Of a DNA stretch of 64,000 bases, positions 32,086 through 44,259 are shown piece after piece. The DNA is from Lama glama (taxonomy: Eukaryota), in contig CM052816.1 of assembly GCA_028534125.1 (NCBI GenBank), positions 19,966,001 through 20,030,000 of the forward strand, in the 5' to 3' direction. How positions within the stretch are numbered: the stretch's first letter is position 1; each line of letters opens with the position of its first letter. The position numbers and the translations under genes are program-made. The notes under the pieces were generated by a model, which saw nothing but the letters and a program-made list of their open reading frames with translations, ran no database searches and was not told where the DNA came from.

Positions 32086-32204
32086 TGGGGGGTAGACGGT
32101 AAAAAGATTTTCATTTAAATATTTTAATGGAGGTACTGGGGATTGAACCCAGGACCTTGTGCATGCTAGGCATGCACTCTACCACTAACCTATACCCTAC
32201 CCCC
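32086..32204 (-). mobile_element. tRNA-Ala-derived SINE (Vic-1-like)
   Basis: ggaggtactggggattgaacccaggacc...tatacccta, the reverse complement of the same head; flanked by tgaataa direct repeats. Confidence 0.88.
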
Positions 32205-34974
32205 TGAATAACCTTTTGAAGGTTGTAGGTGTATTATTGGACTTGCCCAATGTTCTTGTTTGCCTCAGTTATAGTTTAAGTCTTATGTCTTATGATTATA
32301 AGTATGTTTTTCTGTTTTTTTGGGGGGGTTGTATATATTAATTGCATAGGTATTGTCATGTAGACAAAAGTGGTATGTCACAGAAATGGTACTGTTGGCT
32401 TGAAGTCCTAGTGCTATCCTATAAATAGATTACAATGTTCATTTAGCATTTGGTGTATAAATTCAAGGGAAGGAAAATGAGGATTATGGGTATGTATAAT
32501 GTACAAATTTGCTTTAAAGTTGATGAACATACAAAAAGCACTGATAACCAAGAGTAATTGGATTGAGCAACAAACCCCAGATTTATGGCTCTTGTCATAC
32601 TCAACCAGAATTCCTCTTTCAGGAGTTGAAAGAGGAGAGTATTATAGCTAATGATTGAATGCTGAAAAAAAGGCCATTTTTGTTGTTTTGGCTTTCTGTC
32701 CCTGTTTTTATTTTTTTAGGCAAAACAAATTTTCATGGCTTAAGTTTAATTGTAAGTGGTTTGTATCCTCAACAGGTTTGGGATAATTAGGTGGTCTATA
32801 AAGTTTTCTCTGCCAGAAATGCTGCGAATGGGGCAGACCACTTCATGTGGCTACTTAGATCCTTGGGAATCTCTTGAGAAAGCATTAGCCATCCCAATAC
32901 TGTCAATAGGAAAGCCTCTGTAGGCATTAATGGACAGTAACATATTTTCTTCGAAGAGATGGTTTAGCAGACTTAGTGTAGTGGTAGGTTGCAGCCACCA
33001 GCAAGTCTGTTGCCTGATGGTGGAAGTCGAAGACCAGAATTGTGTGATAGAAAAGTTAAAAGTGCTTGATTTACAGATTAGGAAGACCAAAGTGAAAGGT
33101 CAGATTCAAGCTATTATAAATGCCAAAGGCCTTCAAGCACCTCTGCCTCAAGGCTTAATAATATATTTTAGCTGCAAGGAGACACGGTGATCTAATTTGG
33201 TGTAGGTTTGCAGATGGAGAAATCCTTCACTGTGGCAGTGGTACCTAGTGGGTAGGGGGAAAGTTAGGTTTTGTAAAACCTGGTCAAGGGTAAGCCTGAC
33301 TCGAAGCTTGTCTCAGGAAAAAAGCCAGGCTATAAGGTACGGGGAAACACCAGATGTGAAATGTGTAGAATATGCCCTTGCTGTTGGGTCCAGCTTTCCT
33401 TTCAAGGTAAGTCCTTTACCAGCAGCAGTGGTGGATCTGGGTGTGTGTTGAATGTAGCAGGCAAGAGGAGTGGGAGGAGAAGCTATATAATTTTGGTTTT
33501 AAGCAGTCTTTATTTCCCATAGTCACATGCAAAAGGTGAATAATCTCTCTACCTTGGTCCAAATAAAACTATCATTTTAATTTTAATCCTTTCAATGATC
33601 TGTGATTAAAAGTAGACCCAATGACAAACATAAGCCCCAGTTCTGTGCTCCCTCCCCATAGCCACATTAGCTGGTTGTAGAAAAGGCTGGAGAGAGGATG
33701 TTCAAATATGGATCAAGGTCTTGGGGTGGCAGTGCCTCTGAAAACTCCAGGTGATAAGAGATCTTGTTATGTATGGCCTCTTTGTCTGGTGCCACTGCAG
33801 CATATTCTGTCCTTGGCTCTGGATTTCTTTATTTTTATTTTTTTAATTGAAGTAAACTGATTTATAATACTAGTTTCAGATGCTGGATTTCTTTAAAACA
33901 ATGATTGTATTGTAGGCCTTTGGGTTTTTCCAACTTCACCTCAGGTTTTAGGAAAAATAATCCTACTTTAGAAGTCAGAAGCCAGGATTTTAAAAGTAGG
34001 GCTGGGAATGTGGTAGATGACTTGGAGTTTCATAATGAGTGCATTGGTTTAAGCCACCTCTTGGAAGTACTTTGACATTTATGCTGTCAACCTGAGTGGC
34101 AGATGGCCTACATCATTAGGTATGTCAGAAGACTGCAGAGTAAGTGATTTGTAGCTTCTGAAATAACATAGATTTGATGTAGTCCTAAAGCAGTAGCTGA
34201 TGTTCTGAAATAAGTCATTGTTCCTGAACATACTCTTTGTAAGTGAGGAGAATAGAGTGCTGAAATGACCATTACTGTAAAGGGTTTTGCTGAATTCAAA
34301 GTGGTCAGAAGAGTGTTAGGTATTGGACCTTAAGGCCTTGAAATGGCAGAAATAGCTAATAGTGAATAACCTCTAACCCTGAGCATTTCCCATGTGCCAG
34401 ACATTTTATATGGATCATTTTATTGAGTTGTCTCAATAGTTTTGAAGGGATGGGAAGGTAAAGCAGTCTGACCCAAGTCCTCGGCTTTCAGAAAGCATTA
34501 GAATTCTCTTTCCTTTGCTGAATTTTGTGTTTAGTGATCTTTGAAGGGTGGGCAAGAGGCAACACAGCTTTTGAGTCTAGGGAAAGTGATGCATGTGTGT
34601 GTGCTCGCTCACTTGACCCTGCTTCAGTTAAGCTAAATAGATGGGAGGCCCTTTGGGAATCGTAGTTAGGGAGACAATGGCTCTCTTGAGTGTTGGCCAA
34701 AATCAAGTATTCTAGTCACTGCACTCCTGAAGCTTATGGAATGACTTGACTGTTTCAAGGACATTTATATCAGTCAGATTTGGAAGGACAGTTGAGGCTG
34801 ACCAAGGAAATGATTTTCAACTCACTGCCCGCCACCACAGCCTGTTCTTGAAAATAAAGGAAATTTCACAGTGGGCTTAGATTGACAAATGTATTTCAAA
34901 TGAAAAGGAAAACGTATTGTTTATTTTGAGGAGGTATGAATAGAGTGGAATATCCTACCCCTACCCCCACCTTT

Positions 34975-35290
34975 TTGAAGACTTTTATAGTTTGGTTCAC
35001 AGCAAAATTGAGAAGATAGAGGTTTCCTATATGCCCCTCCCCCACATATGCATAACTTACCCCATTATTAACATCCCCTAGCAGAGTTGTACTTCTGTTA
35101 AAATTGATAAACCTACATTGACATAAATCACCTGGAGTCCACAGGTTATGTTAGAGTTCTCTCTTGGGCTCGTACATTCTGTGGGTTTGGACATGTAATA
35201 ACGACATGTATTCACCATTGTAGTATATGTAGTATTTACACTGCCCTAAAAATCCTCTGTGCTCTACCTGTTCACCACCCCACCCTAGTC
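34975..35290 (-). mobile_element. L1MC/L1MB-like 3' end
   Basis: ggttcacagcaaaattgag, acctacattgacata, cattctgtgggtttggac, cactgccctaaaaatcctctgtgctctacct. Confidence 0.8.
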
Positions 35291-36167
35291 TGTTGCATCT
35301 AAGTGAAGTAAGTCTCCTTTTTCTCCTTGGAAGTCCAGTTGATGTTGGAGTATTCTTGCAGCTGAGAAGTGACCTTGATATTTTAGACTCTTTAAACTTC
35401 TGGTATTTTGTACAAGACTGTTGGAAACTAGTCAGCTGTTTAGGCTTTAACAAGTAGAGTAAATGGAATCTCATGCTAGCCTTTCATCACCTGACAATCT
35501 CTTCACCTTTCTGAAGACCCTTGTCATCTTTGAGAGAATTCAGAAGCCAAAATCAAACTACTTTCTTGTCTGGTCTGCTGCTAGTTAACCATCCACAAGT
35601 TTCTGATAGGACTTGACTGCACAAATGCTGCCCACCTCTGATCTGTATGTATCTTTTTTTTTTTAATCTTTCCTACTTTTATTATAATACTTGTAAAGTG
35701 AAGCAGTTAAAGTATAGTCTCTCCAACCTTATTCCTGTGAGGTTAGTACTATTAATGATTTGTGGATACTTTCACAGGCATACATACCAGCACATAAAAG
35801 CATGCCTTTTTATAGGGTGGTCATGTTCTGTCATACTTATTTCATGATCATTATGAAATTAAATTACCTCCGTGAGAGCAATTTAGGTTAATTTGGCATG
35901 TGTCAACACAGAGGTACTGTTGTGTGTGTGTTACTCCTGGCCCTCCTTAAACAGATGGTAGCAGGCATTGTTCTGTAGATTACTTTCTTAAAGTTTTAAC
36001 ATCTTGGATATTGTGTCAACTGGTATGAACTTTTAATTATTCTATAAGTAACAGTAGTAAGTGAGAGTATGCTGAGTCCCTCAAGTAGCTAAATGTTAAA
36101 CAGAGGCAAAACTAAGTTAATTCACCAAGTTGTTCGTGTGTGGCCATGATTGGGCACAACTCAGGAT

Positions 36168-36258
36168 AGAAGGACCAGTTGTCTTGATTTGCCTAGGACT
36201 TAAGGGTTTCCCAGGAAGCAGAACTTTCAGTTCTCAAACTGGGGCAGTTGGTCACCCC
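36168..36258. mobile_element. MER94-like hAT-Blackjack MITE
   Basis: gaccagttgtcttgatttgcctaggact...gggtttcccagga...ctttcagt...gttggtcacccc. Confidence 0.6.
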
Positions 36259-39214
36259 AGTGTAGGGTTCTCTGCCTACCTCTTCTAGGAACAGAAAGCC
36301 TCTCCACCCTTATCAACTTGGCAGAATCTAGCTCTGCTTTGGCTTTCATCTGGATTTGTGATAGAGGAGTTGGGGAGGTGGTAGCTGAATGACCTGATTC
36401 AGACCTGAGTCCTAAGTCCATCTGTTACTTGGCCTGGTATCTTGGGTCAGCAGAAACCAGTCTTTGCATTTAAAACCTATGATTCTAGAACCTGCAGACT
36501 CCCAACACTTCAAGATTTGTGCTTTATTGATGTTTTTGTTTATAAAATAATTTCAAGGCTTTACAAGTTTTGAGGCAAAAGGCAGAGATATTTGCCTAAG
36601 GGGGAGATCAGAGGTAATAATAAGTTGACAGAAAGAAGGGGAAGAAAGGGGGATGGGATGGCATATGTGATTCCAGCAAGAGGGCTTAGTCCTCTCATTC
36701 AGAATGTAGTAAGGGGATGCCGTCTGGGGGAGCATGGCAACTGAGTGGAGCAAGAGCATATGTTGCCAAAGTTTTGAGTAATGTCCATGAGGTAAGTAAG
36801 CCACTGTCAAGCACCAGCTGAATCGAGTGGTTTGGTCGAGTGCAGGTCGCGGCTGGTTCCAGTAGTGTATCACAGGTACATTGAGCTAGACAGAGTGGCA
36901 GGATGGCCTGGGTGGGCTTGGTAGCAATTTTGACTTCATCATAGCACAGGGCTGTCTGTGTCCTTTCCTCATAAGACAACTGTATGGTGAAAGAAGTGGA
37001 AGAGTATAGTAAGGCCCCTAATCCCAGAAGTTTTGTCCTGGATAGTTATAGCTTTGAAGGTTCTTCATTAGCCACTTCTGTGTTAGCCAGGAGCCTTTTA
37101 AAATATAACAACCTTTGAAAAGGCAAACAGAAGGAAAGAGATTTAAACACTCATTCAGTGACTACTTAGAGCTTCCTGTTATGTGCCAGGTGTTTTTATT
37201 AGGCACTGGGAATAAATACAGTGGTGTACAACACCAAGTGTCTGCCCTTGTGGAGCTTATACTTAATGAGAGACATATTAAAGTCAGATAGGAAGAATGT
37301 GCTGTGAAGGAAAATGAGCAGGGTAAGAGGCAAGAGGGTAAAAAGGTGCCATTGAAGCCAGAGCCTGCATATGCTATTGTGCAGGTTGTCCACTGCATGG
37401 CTCAACGAGTTTGTGGATTACTGAATTATGACAATTTTCTGCATAATGGCAAGAAGACATTTTGATGTAGTGGCTTTTAATTTTTTGATTTAGATATATT
37501 TTCATTAAATTTAACAGTACACTGATTGGGTTAGTAATGAGGCTGGTGGTTTCTGAGGAGGTGACATTGAGCTGAGACCTAAAGGTTGGAAGGAGCTATC
37601 CCTTCTCCCTTCTCCCCAGTCTGTATTAGACACAGTTTATCTCAAGATGACACTTACTGTGTAGTTTGTAGAGCAGTACTGATTGTGACCTTACAATATC
37701 CCGAAACATTTCTGCTTTCAGTTGCCAGGGCTGGGAGATCAGGGGCAGCAGGAGAGGGGCTTAGAGGGAACTAGCTAATCGACACTGGCAGCTTTCTAGG
37801 CCAGTTAGTGGGTCACTGACTGAGTAAGAAATTCTCCTGGGGAAATCCTTGCCACTCAGTGGCCCCTTGGCAGACAGGTCTTCCAGCCTGGGCATTCAGC
37901 AGTCACAAGCTGGCACTTGCCTTATAGGACATAATCAAAACACACTTGCCTTCAGCTCGCTGATGTCTCCTCGAGTCTGGCTCCCGAAATGTTCAGCATC
38001 TTAGGGTCTGGACTGGAGCTTCATGGGCAGCCACCTAGTAGGCTGGGCTGCACACCTTTCAGACATATTGCCCTGTCTGGTGGTCTTTGCCCCAGTATGC
38101 TGGCTCTAGATGCCACGTTTGTGCTGGGGTCCTCTGGCTCCCCATAGAGGCAAATGGTGGGAAGACATAGCTGGAGATGGTAGGTCATACCTGTCATGGC
38201 TTTGTCATCGTCAAAAGAGAAATTGCTGTATGTGAATTGGATTTCACAGAGGGACACTGTGGCCCACAGGGCTGGAGGCTACAACGACGGTGTGTGTGGT
38301 CAAGATGCTCTGGCGTTCATCCTCTAATGGCCAGACCAGGGATCTGTACAGGATTCTGGGTCCTGGAGAGCAGAGAGGCAGTTTCTGAAGGCATCTCTGT
38401 GGAGGAAGGCTCAGTACAGATGCCGTCTTTGGACAGCCATCTGGCCCTCTGGCACCATCTGCTGGCTGAAACCAATCAGTGTTGGTAGTTCTTGGGGATT
38501 GGTCAGGACCAGACTATAGGGCAACCCCATACCTGTGCCTACCTTCGATCCAGCCTGGCCATTCTCAAACAACAGAGTGCACCCACCTATCTCCATAGAC
38601 TTTCCCTCTGGGGAAGAGGTGGAGTAGCGGGTAGCCCATGCTCTTCTGGGGAACTTTGACTCTTCTGTGGTAAGTCAACCAGACCTACTTCAAATTCCCA
38701 CTTCCCTTCCTTGTGGCCTGGGGCAGGCTCTTATCACCCATCTCAGCCTCTCGGGCAGGCCCACTCTGACTTGACAATCCTCCAGTCTAGCCCGGGCCCA
38801 CAGCTCTCTGATGGTGCTGGGTACAGGTATGGGTCAGGAAGTTTCTTCTGCACCATTTAGGTTGGATGTTAAGAGCTTCCATGGCAGTTTTCGAAGGGTG
38901 GGTCCATAGCTCACCAGGGGAAGCACTGCACTGGCTGGCTGTGATAGAAGCAAGGAAGCCGGCGAGTGACCCTTTCTGCAGCTTTGTTTAATGCCTCAGT
39001 TGGACTCTGAAGCCCTGGATAGATAAATCCAACCTGGGCACAGTGGCCTTGCAACAATCCCCACCTTCCCTCCCTCCCAAAGTCTTCCATTATGCCTGCA
39101 GCCTTGGCTGTGGAGGGTCAGGAAGCTATGTGGAAGAGAGGCTACAGGGGCTCAGGTGTTCCTTCAGGAACTGACACTGACACTGTGCTAAGCATGCGAC
39201 ATACATTTTTCACA

Positions 39215-39875
39215 TTTTCACACCTCCCCCTTTTTACATTGAGTTATGACTCGCATGCAGTACACAATTATAGCTCAGTGAATTTGCATACATTCATATA
39301 CCCGTGAAACCACCACCTGGATCAAGATAGGGAATTGCCAGCATCCCAGAATCTTCCCTCATAATACCTGCCTCCCTGGCAAAGGGAACAATTATTGTAT
39401 CTTCTCTAACCTACATTAGATTTTGCATGTTGTTGGTCTTCCTTTCAAAGGGCTCATACAATAAGTACTCTTGTGTCTGCCTTGTTTTGTTTAACATTGT
39501 GAGATACATCCATGGTTTTATCAGTAGTTTCTTTTTCACTGCTGTTTAGTATTCCATCGTATGAACATATAAGTTCATTTTTTCATTTGACAGTTGATGG
39601 ATTTGTTATTTCTATTTTTTTTATGGACAAAGTTGCTGGGAATATTCCTAAACATATATTTTGGTGGACATAAGGACTTATTCCTAATGAGGATTGCTTC
39701 AGAATTGGGATTACTGAGCCATTGGGTATATGCATGTTTAGCTTTAGGAGATGCTGTCAATTTTCTGAAGTGTACCAATTTGCATTACCACCAGCAATGT
39801 GTGAGAATTCCAATTGCTCCACATCCTTGTCAATATTTGGTATTGTTACTCTTATGTTTACCCATTCCAGTGATT
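39215..39875 (-). mobile_element. L1MB/L1ME-like fragment
   Basis: ccgtgaaaccaccacctggatcaagatag, tagtattccatcgtatgaa, taccaatttgcattaccaccagcaatgtgtgagaattccaattgctccacatccttgtcaa. Confidence 0.8.
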
Positions 39876-41013
39876 GACTAAATTAATTTTCACAAAAATC
39901 CTGTGAGTTAGGTATTGCTATAAAGCCCATTCTACAGACAAGAAGATTGAGGCTAGAGAGAGGAAGCCACAGATCACACGATGTGAGCAGCAAGTGGGCA
40001 GCAGCAGGTCTGCATGACTCCTGTGCACCATGGCCAAATGAAATTGTAAAGTCAGAAAGTTCAGGTGTGCCAAAATGATAGCTCTCTTATTTTCTTAATT
40101 ACTTTCTATGGTACTGATTTCCATTTGATAGCAGAAATATAATCTGGTCACTTCAGATTATCACTTCACATGATCACTCAGTCATTTCAGGGGTTGCCTT
40201 AGTCAAGTTGAGGGTTTTGTCCCTCTTCTGCTATCCAGGATCACAGCTACATCCTAAGCTTATGTGGTCATGGCATAGAGTGGGAGGTAAGGAGGCTGGA
40301 GATTATCTGGTCCTTGGTCATCATCCATCTTCCTCTACTTCTTAGGGAGGCAGGCAGGCAGGCAGACATGACCCCTGCCGGTTGTGAACTATCATCTTTA
40401 GTTTCTGCTGTGCCACAGATGTCTGGGTTTGTGTTTTGCTCTCTGGCTTGGACTGTCCAGACACATCTAGTTTCAATTTGTGCCCTTTATTACATTCCAC
40501 AAGCCCCTTGCTTTTTCTCTAGCCCCTCTTTGAGCCACTTCTATGATGTTTCAGGATCTGAGGACATACTTCAGTGCTCCTTGGGATCCTTACACATACA
40601 CACTAGGCACCAGCCTGAGATGCTCCCAGGCCCACCTGCCCAGGCACCCCAAGCTGCCATTTCTACTTCACTGCAGCCATACTTTCTCATCATGGAAGAC
40701 TTTAGACCTTACTCACAGACCAAGGCACAGATTTTCATCACTCTCAGAGCTCTCAAACCTACCTGGGGGTCCTAATCTCTCCCTATCCCTGGGTAGTGGG
40801 AATTAGGGGAGGGAGTGGGAGAGAGTCCCTTCTCAGAGATCTGTCCCAGTAGCTAACTGCAATGTTCTCCTTGCCTTAATTTTTTCCCCATCCCCAGCCT
40901 TTGGCTCTGGTATTATCACACCTCCTTCTTCCCAACTCTTCTGTTGCTGGTATAAAATTTAAGATCTGAATCCTAAGCCTCTTGGGCTTTCATTGCCCCA
41001 TAAAATTTTCTTG

Positions 41014-41477
41014 TTTTTAATGGTTAATATATTTATTTAAACAATAGTGTATATAGTCATTATTGACAGACTTAATACGAGATGTTAAATGTTTGATCAA
41101 ATTTTTCTTCCTGGATAAGTTGTTCTTTCTTATCTCTGTCAGTTTTGAAAACATAATACCAGAAGAAGAAGGGCACAATTCCAAATAGAGCTTCTAACAG
41201 GAGGTCTTGGGAGTGGGTCTGAAATTTGAATAGACATTTCCTGATTTTGTGTAGATCCAGCCAATCAAGGCAAGATCTTTGATGACCCCTAGGCAGCTGG
41301 GGTCGTGGTACTGAAGTAGGTACTCCTGTTGAAGCTGGGATCTTATGGCCAACAGCTCGGCTTGTGCCTTCCAAGTTTCTGGAGATATGTAGTATTCAGC
41401 TGAGTCAAGGGTAGTGGGCAGGGTAGCCAGGGGCGACAGCTTGTACTTGGGAAACAATATCTTGGCAACCGGGCACT
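41014..41477 (-). pseudogene. NDUFB4: NDUFB4 (complex I subunit B15) processed pseudogene; former CDS 41460..41072
   Basis: Intronless translation [21 protein letters not shown]...NFRPTPKTS / LLEALFG...[27 protein letters not shown] is mutated to ATA (41460-41458) and there is a 1-nt deletion near 41200 (389 nt vs 390 expected for 129 aa). AATAAA at 41037-41032, short A tail, and a 16-bp TSD ccataaaa(t/c)tttcttg at 40998-41013 and 41478-41493. Confidence 0.95.
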
Positions 41478-42673
41478 CCATAAAACTTTCTTGGGCTGAA
41501 AAGCTTTGGGTTTCAAGAGTTCATTTTGCAAGTCAAGATCCAAGAATTTAACTTTTTTTCTTTGCATTCAGCACTTTTTCCTCTGGAGCAATAAGGTAGT
41601 CTGATTTTTAGATGGAAGGCTTAGACTCTTGCAAAAGGGAAGGAGAAGGGGCTAAGCAGAGGAAGGTGAGGCTCAGAGAGGTGAAATAACTTGCCCAAGA
41701 TCACATAACAGAGTTCCTGTGCTTACAACTCTACCAGGTGAGCAAGACAGAGAAAGTCGACACAATGGCAGCGTACAGCCAGGAGATCTTTGACCATGGG
41801 GGCTGGCTTACTTCTTAGCTTACATGCTGTCCTATGGGCTGGAACACACATCCAGAGTCCAGGGTTGGTACCATGGGTCGGTGCCTGAGAAAGGGAGTTT
41901 GAACTGAATTCTGGGCAGGAAAGTCCCATTTAGATGCACCGAAAGGATCGATCCTCATAGGAGTGCCCCTGTGAACCCTTTAAAGCAGTGAAACTCTATT
42001 TACAAAAGGAGATCATTTCTGGAAATGAATTTCATCATAAAAACCAGACTTTCCCACCTGGACTGCTTGAATTTCAGGCCTTTAGCTTCCCTAGAGATAG
42101 TACACTGGGAACAGTTGTAAATCACAAAATACTGCTGGCATTTGAGGAAAGGGGCTAAAATTCAGTATCTGGGCTATAGTTGCAGAAACATGGCTGGGGC
42201 TGCAGTGGCTGTGTGACACTGGAAAAGTCCCTTCTCTTTAGTTTTATTTTCTTTCTCTATAGCACAAGGAGGTTTTTCATTTTTGTTTTTGATTTGAAAA
42301 AAATGAAGATTTACAGTGTTGTGTTAGTGTCAGGTGTAAGCACAAGGAGTTTAATGACATGGTGTGTGGAGTGATTGAAGTAAGGACCTCGGCCTTCTCA
42401 AGGCCAGCTCTGGGATCAGTGGAATCCCGCAAACTCTCACACCCACACATACCAAGGGGACTTTGCAGGGGCCAGTCCTTTTCGACCCGGGCTGGTGATT
42501 ATGGACCATTGAGTGGGGATGCATGTTCCCCAGCCTGCAACCATAGTCCTGTAACTGTCTTGTCTCTCCTGAGTGGAGGGGAGAGCTGATTCAGAAAGTG
42601 TGAAGCTAAATGAGTAACCTTTGACAGACACTGCTGGCCCCTTAGCAGTGCTTCATCACTGATTCCCTACTAT

Positions 42674-43075
42674 AGTGGTTTCTCAACTTATCCAGGGCTT
42701 AAAAGTCACTTGGAGGACTTGTTTAAAAGGCAGAAAAACCTGCCCCTAGGTAACCTGATTCATCAGATCAAGAGTGGACTCATGAATCTGAATTTTTCTT
42801 GATCTGATGTGAATTTTTTTGACGTAAAGAAAATTTTGAATAAGTAACACATTCATATGGATCAAAATTCAAAAGGTAGAAAAAGGTATAAAGTAAAAAA
42901 GCACCCTAACCCTTATTCTCCAATTACCTAGTTCCCTTCCTTGGAGGCAATTTCTTGTTTACCTTTCCTGAGAGAATCTATGCATATAACATCTATATGA
43001 GCGAATGAAACCTGCATTTTAAAAACAAGAATCTTTCGGTGATTCTAATATTAGGGGCCCCTAGACATACGTGGA
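42674..43075. mobile_element. MER5-like MITE interrupted by an L1ME-like fragment (~42815-43000)
   Basis: agtggtttctcaactt...tcacttggaggacttgtttaaaa...gaatctgaattt, resuming as ctgcattttaaaaaca...ggtgattctaat; the insert has cattcatatggatcaaaattcaaaaggta. Confidence 0.5.
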
Positions 43076-44259
43076 AAAACATACACCTATTTTATGCCAG
43101 GCCCTGAGCTGGATCCTCAGGCTAGATGTATGACCTGGCACTGCCCAGTCCTGCTTAGGATGCTCAACAAGACTTTACAAAATGCCACTTTGTCTGTCAT
43201 GGGTGGGCGAGCAAAGGAGATTCAGGGGGCCTTGACTAAAAGACTTGAAGCTTGAGCTAGAGGGCAGGGCACTGTTGTGGAGAAAAAGTATGAGAACTGT
43301 ACGTCCTTTCATCTTCCTGTCATCAGCTGTGGCACCTGGCAGACACTGGATACCACAGCTTGCAGACAAAGACCTGGTAACCCAAGGAGCTGCCTGGCCT
43401 CCCTGCCCAGTCCAATCCCAGAAGAGCTGTAGGCCTCTGATTTCCTTAGGGGGCCCTGTGTGGAAGTGCCTTTTGTCTCTTTGGCGTCAGGAATACCATC
43501 ATGTGCCCGTTGGTTAGGTGAGCCTGGCGCCTTAGTCTCCTAGGGAGGGGTGGCAATATTCCCTAAGCAGAGCAAGGTAGAGCGGGTCAAAGTCCCTGAC
43601 TGGGGAGGGTGGGGCTGGGAATTTTCAAACTAACCCTTTACTCTTAGAATTTGGCTTCATCCTAGGGACCCTATCACACAGCATTCAGGGAGCATCCCAT
43701 ACAGAAGTTCTGGGCAGGCTAGACTCTGGCTGCCTGGTTCCACGCTGAATCCCCAGCACTGTGTACTACTACCACCCCTTGTTTCCCACGCCGCCCTACT
43801 CGGGCATTCATATGGGCTTAATACACTTTTGCTGAATGAACGGATATTCACTGGCAGTTAGAGGCCTCCTCTCTACACCTGGGGTTTCCCTGCAACAATG
43901 GTTATTTTGGACTGGAGGCCTCAGAAATCAGTGATGGGAAATGAGGGTTAAGAGTACCAAAAAAATCCTTGCTCTGCCACTGAACCGTTCTGAACCCGTT
44001 CGCTCCCAAATAAAAGAGAAAAGGGTACCGGTATTTCACCCCATGAGTTACTGATGGGAGTTGAGCTAACAACTGTTAGGTTCAGGGGAGGACATTGAGG
44101 TTCTGAGCGGAATCTCACAGCGCTGACTGAAAAGGCCAGCTCCCATTCTTTCTCTGAGCCCCAGTTTCCTCGTCATGAAAGGGGAGACGCAGACAGCGCC
44201 TTGGCCCTGCACACACATAACCAAACTCTCCAGCTGCTTCTAGGCTCTTTAGGACTGGG

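Noticed and set aside
38040..38488. Faint C1-zinc-finger-like pattern (HTF...CHVCAGVLW...GHTCH) in one + frame
   Set aside because: Cys/His spacing is wrong, there is an in-frame stop and no supporting splice structure; probably chance
40314..40775. 153-aa intergenic ORF
   Set aside because: Starts at TTG, has no recognisable domain or exon structure
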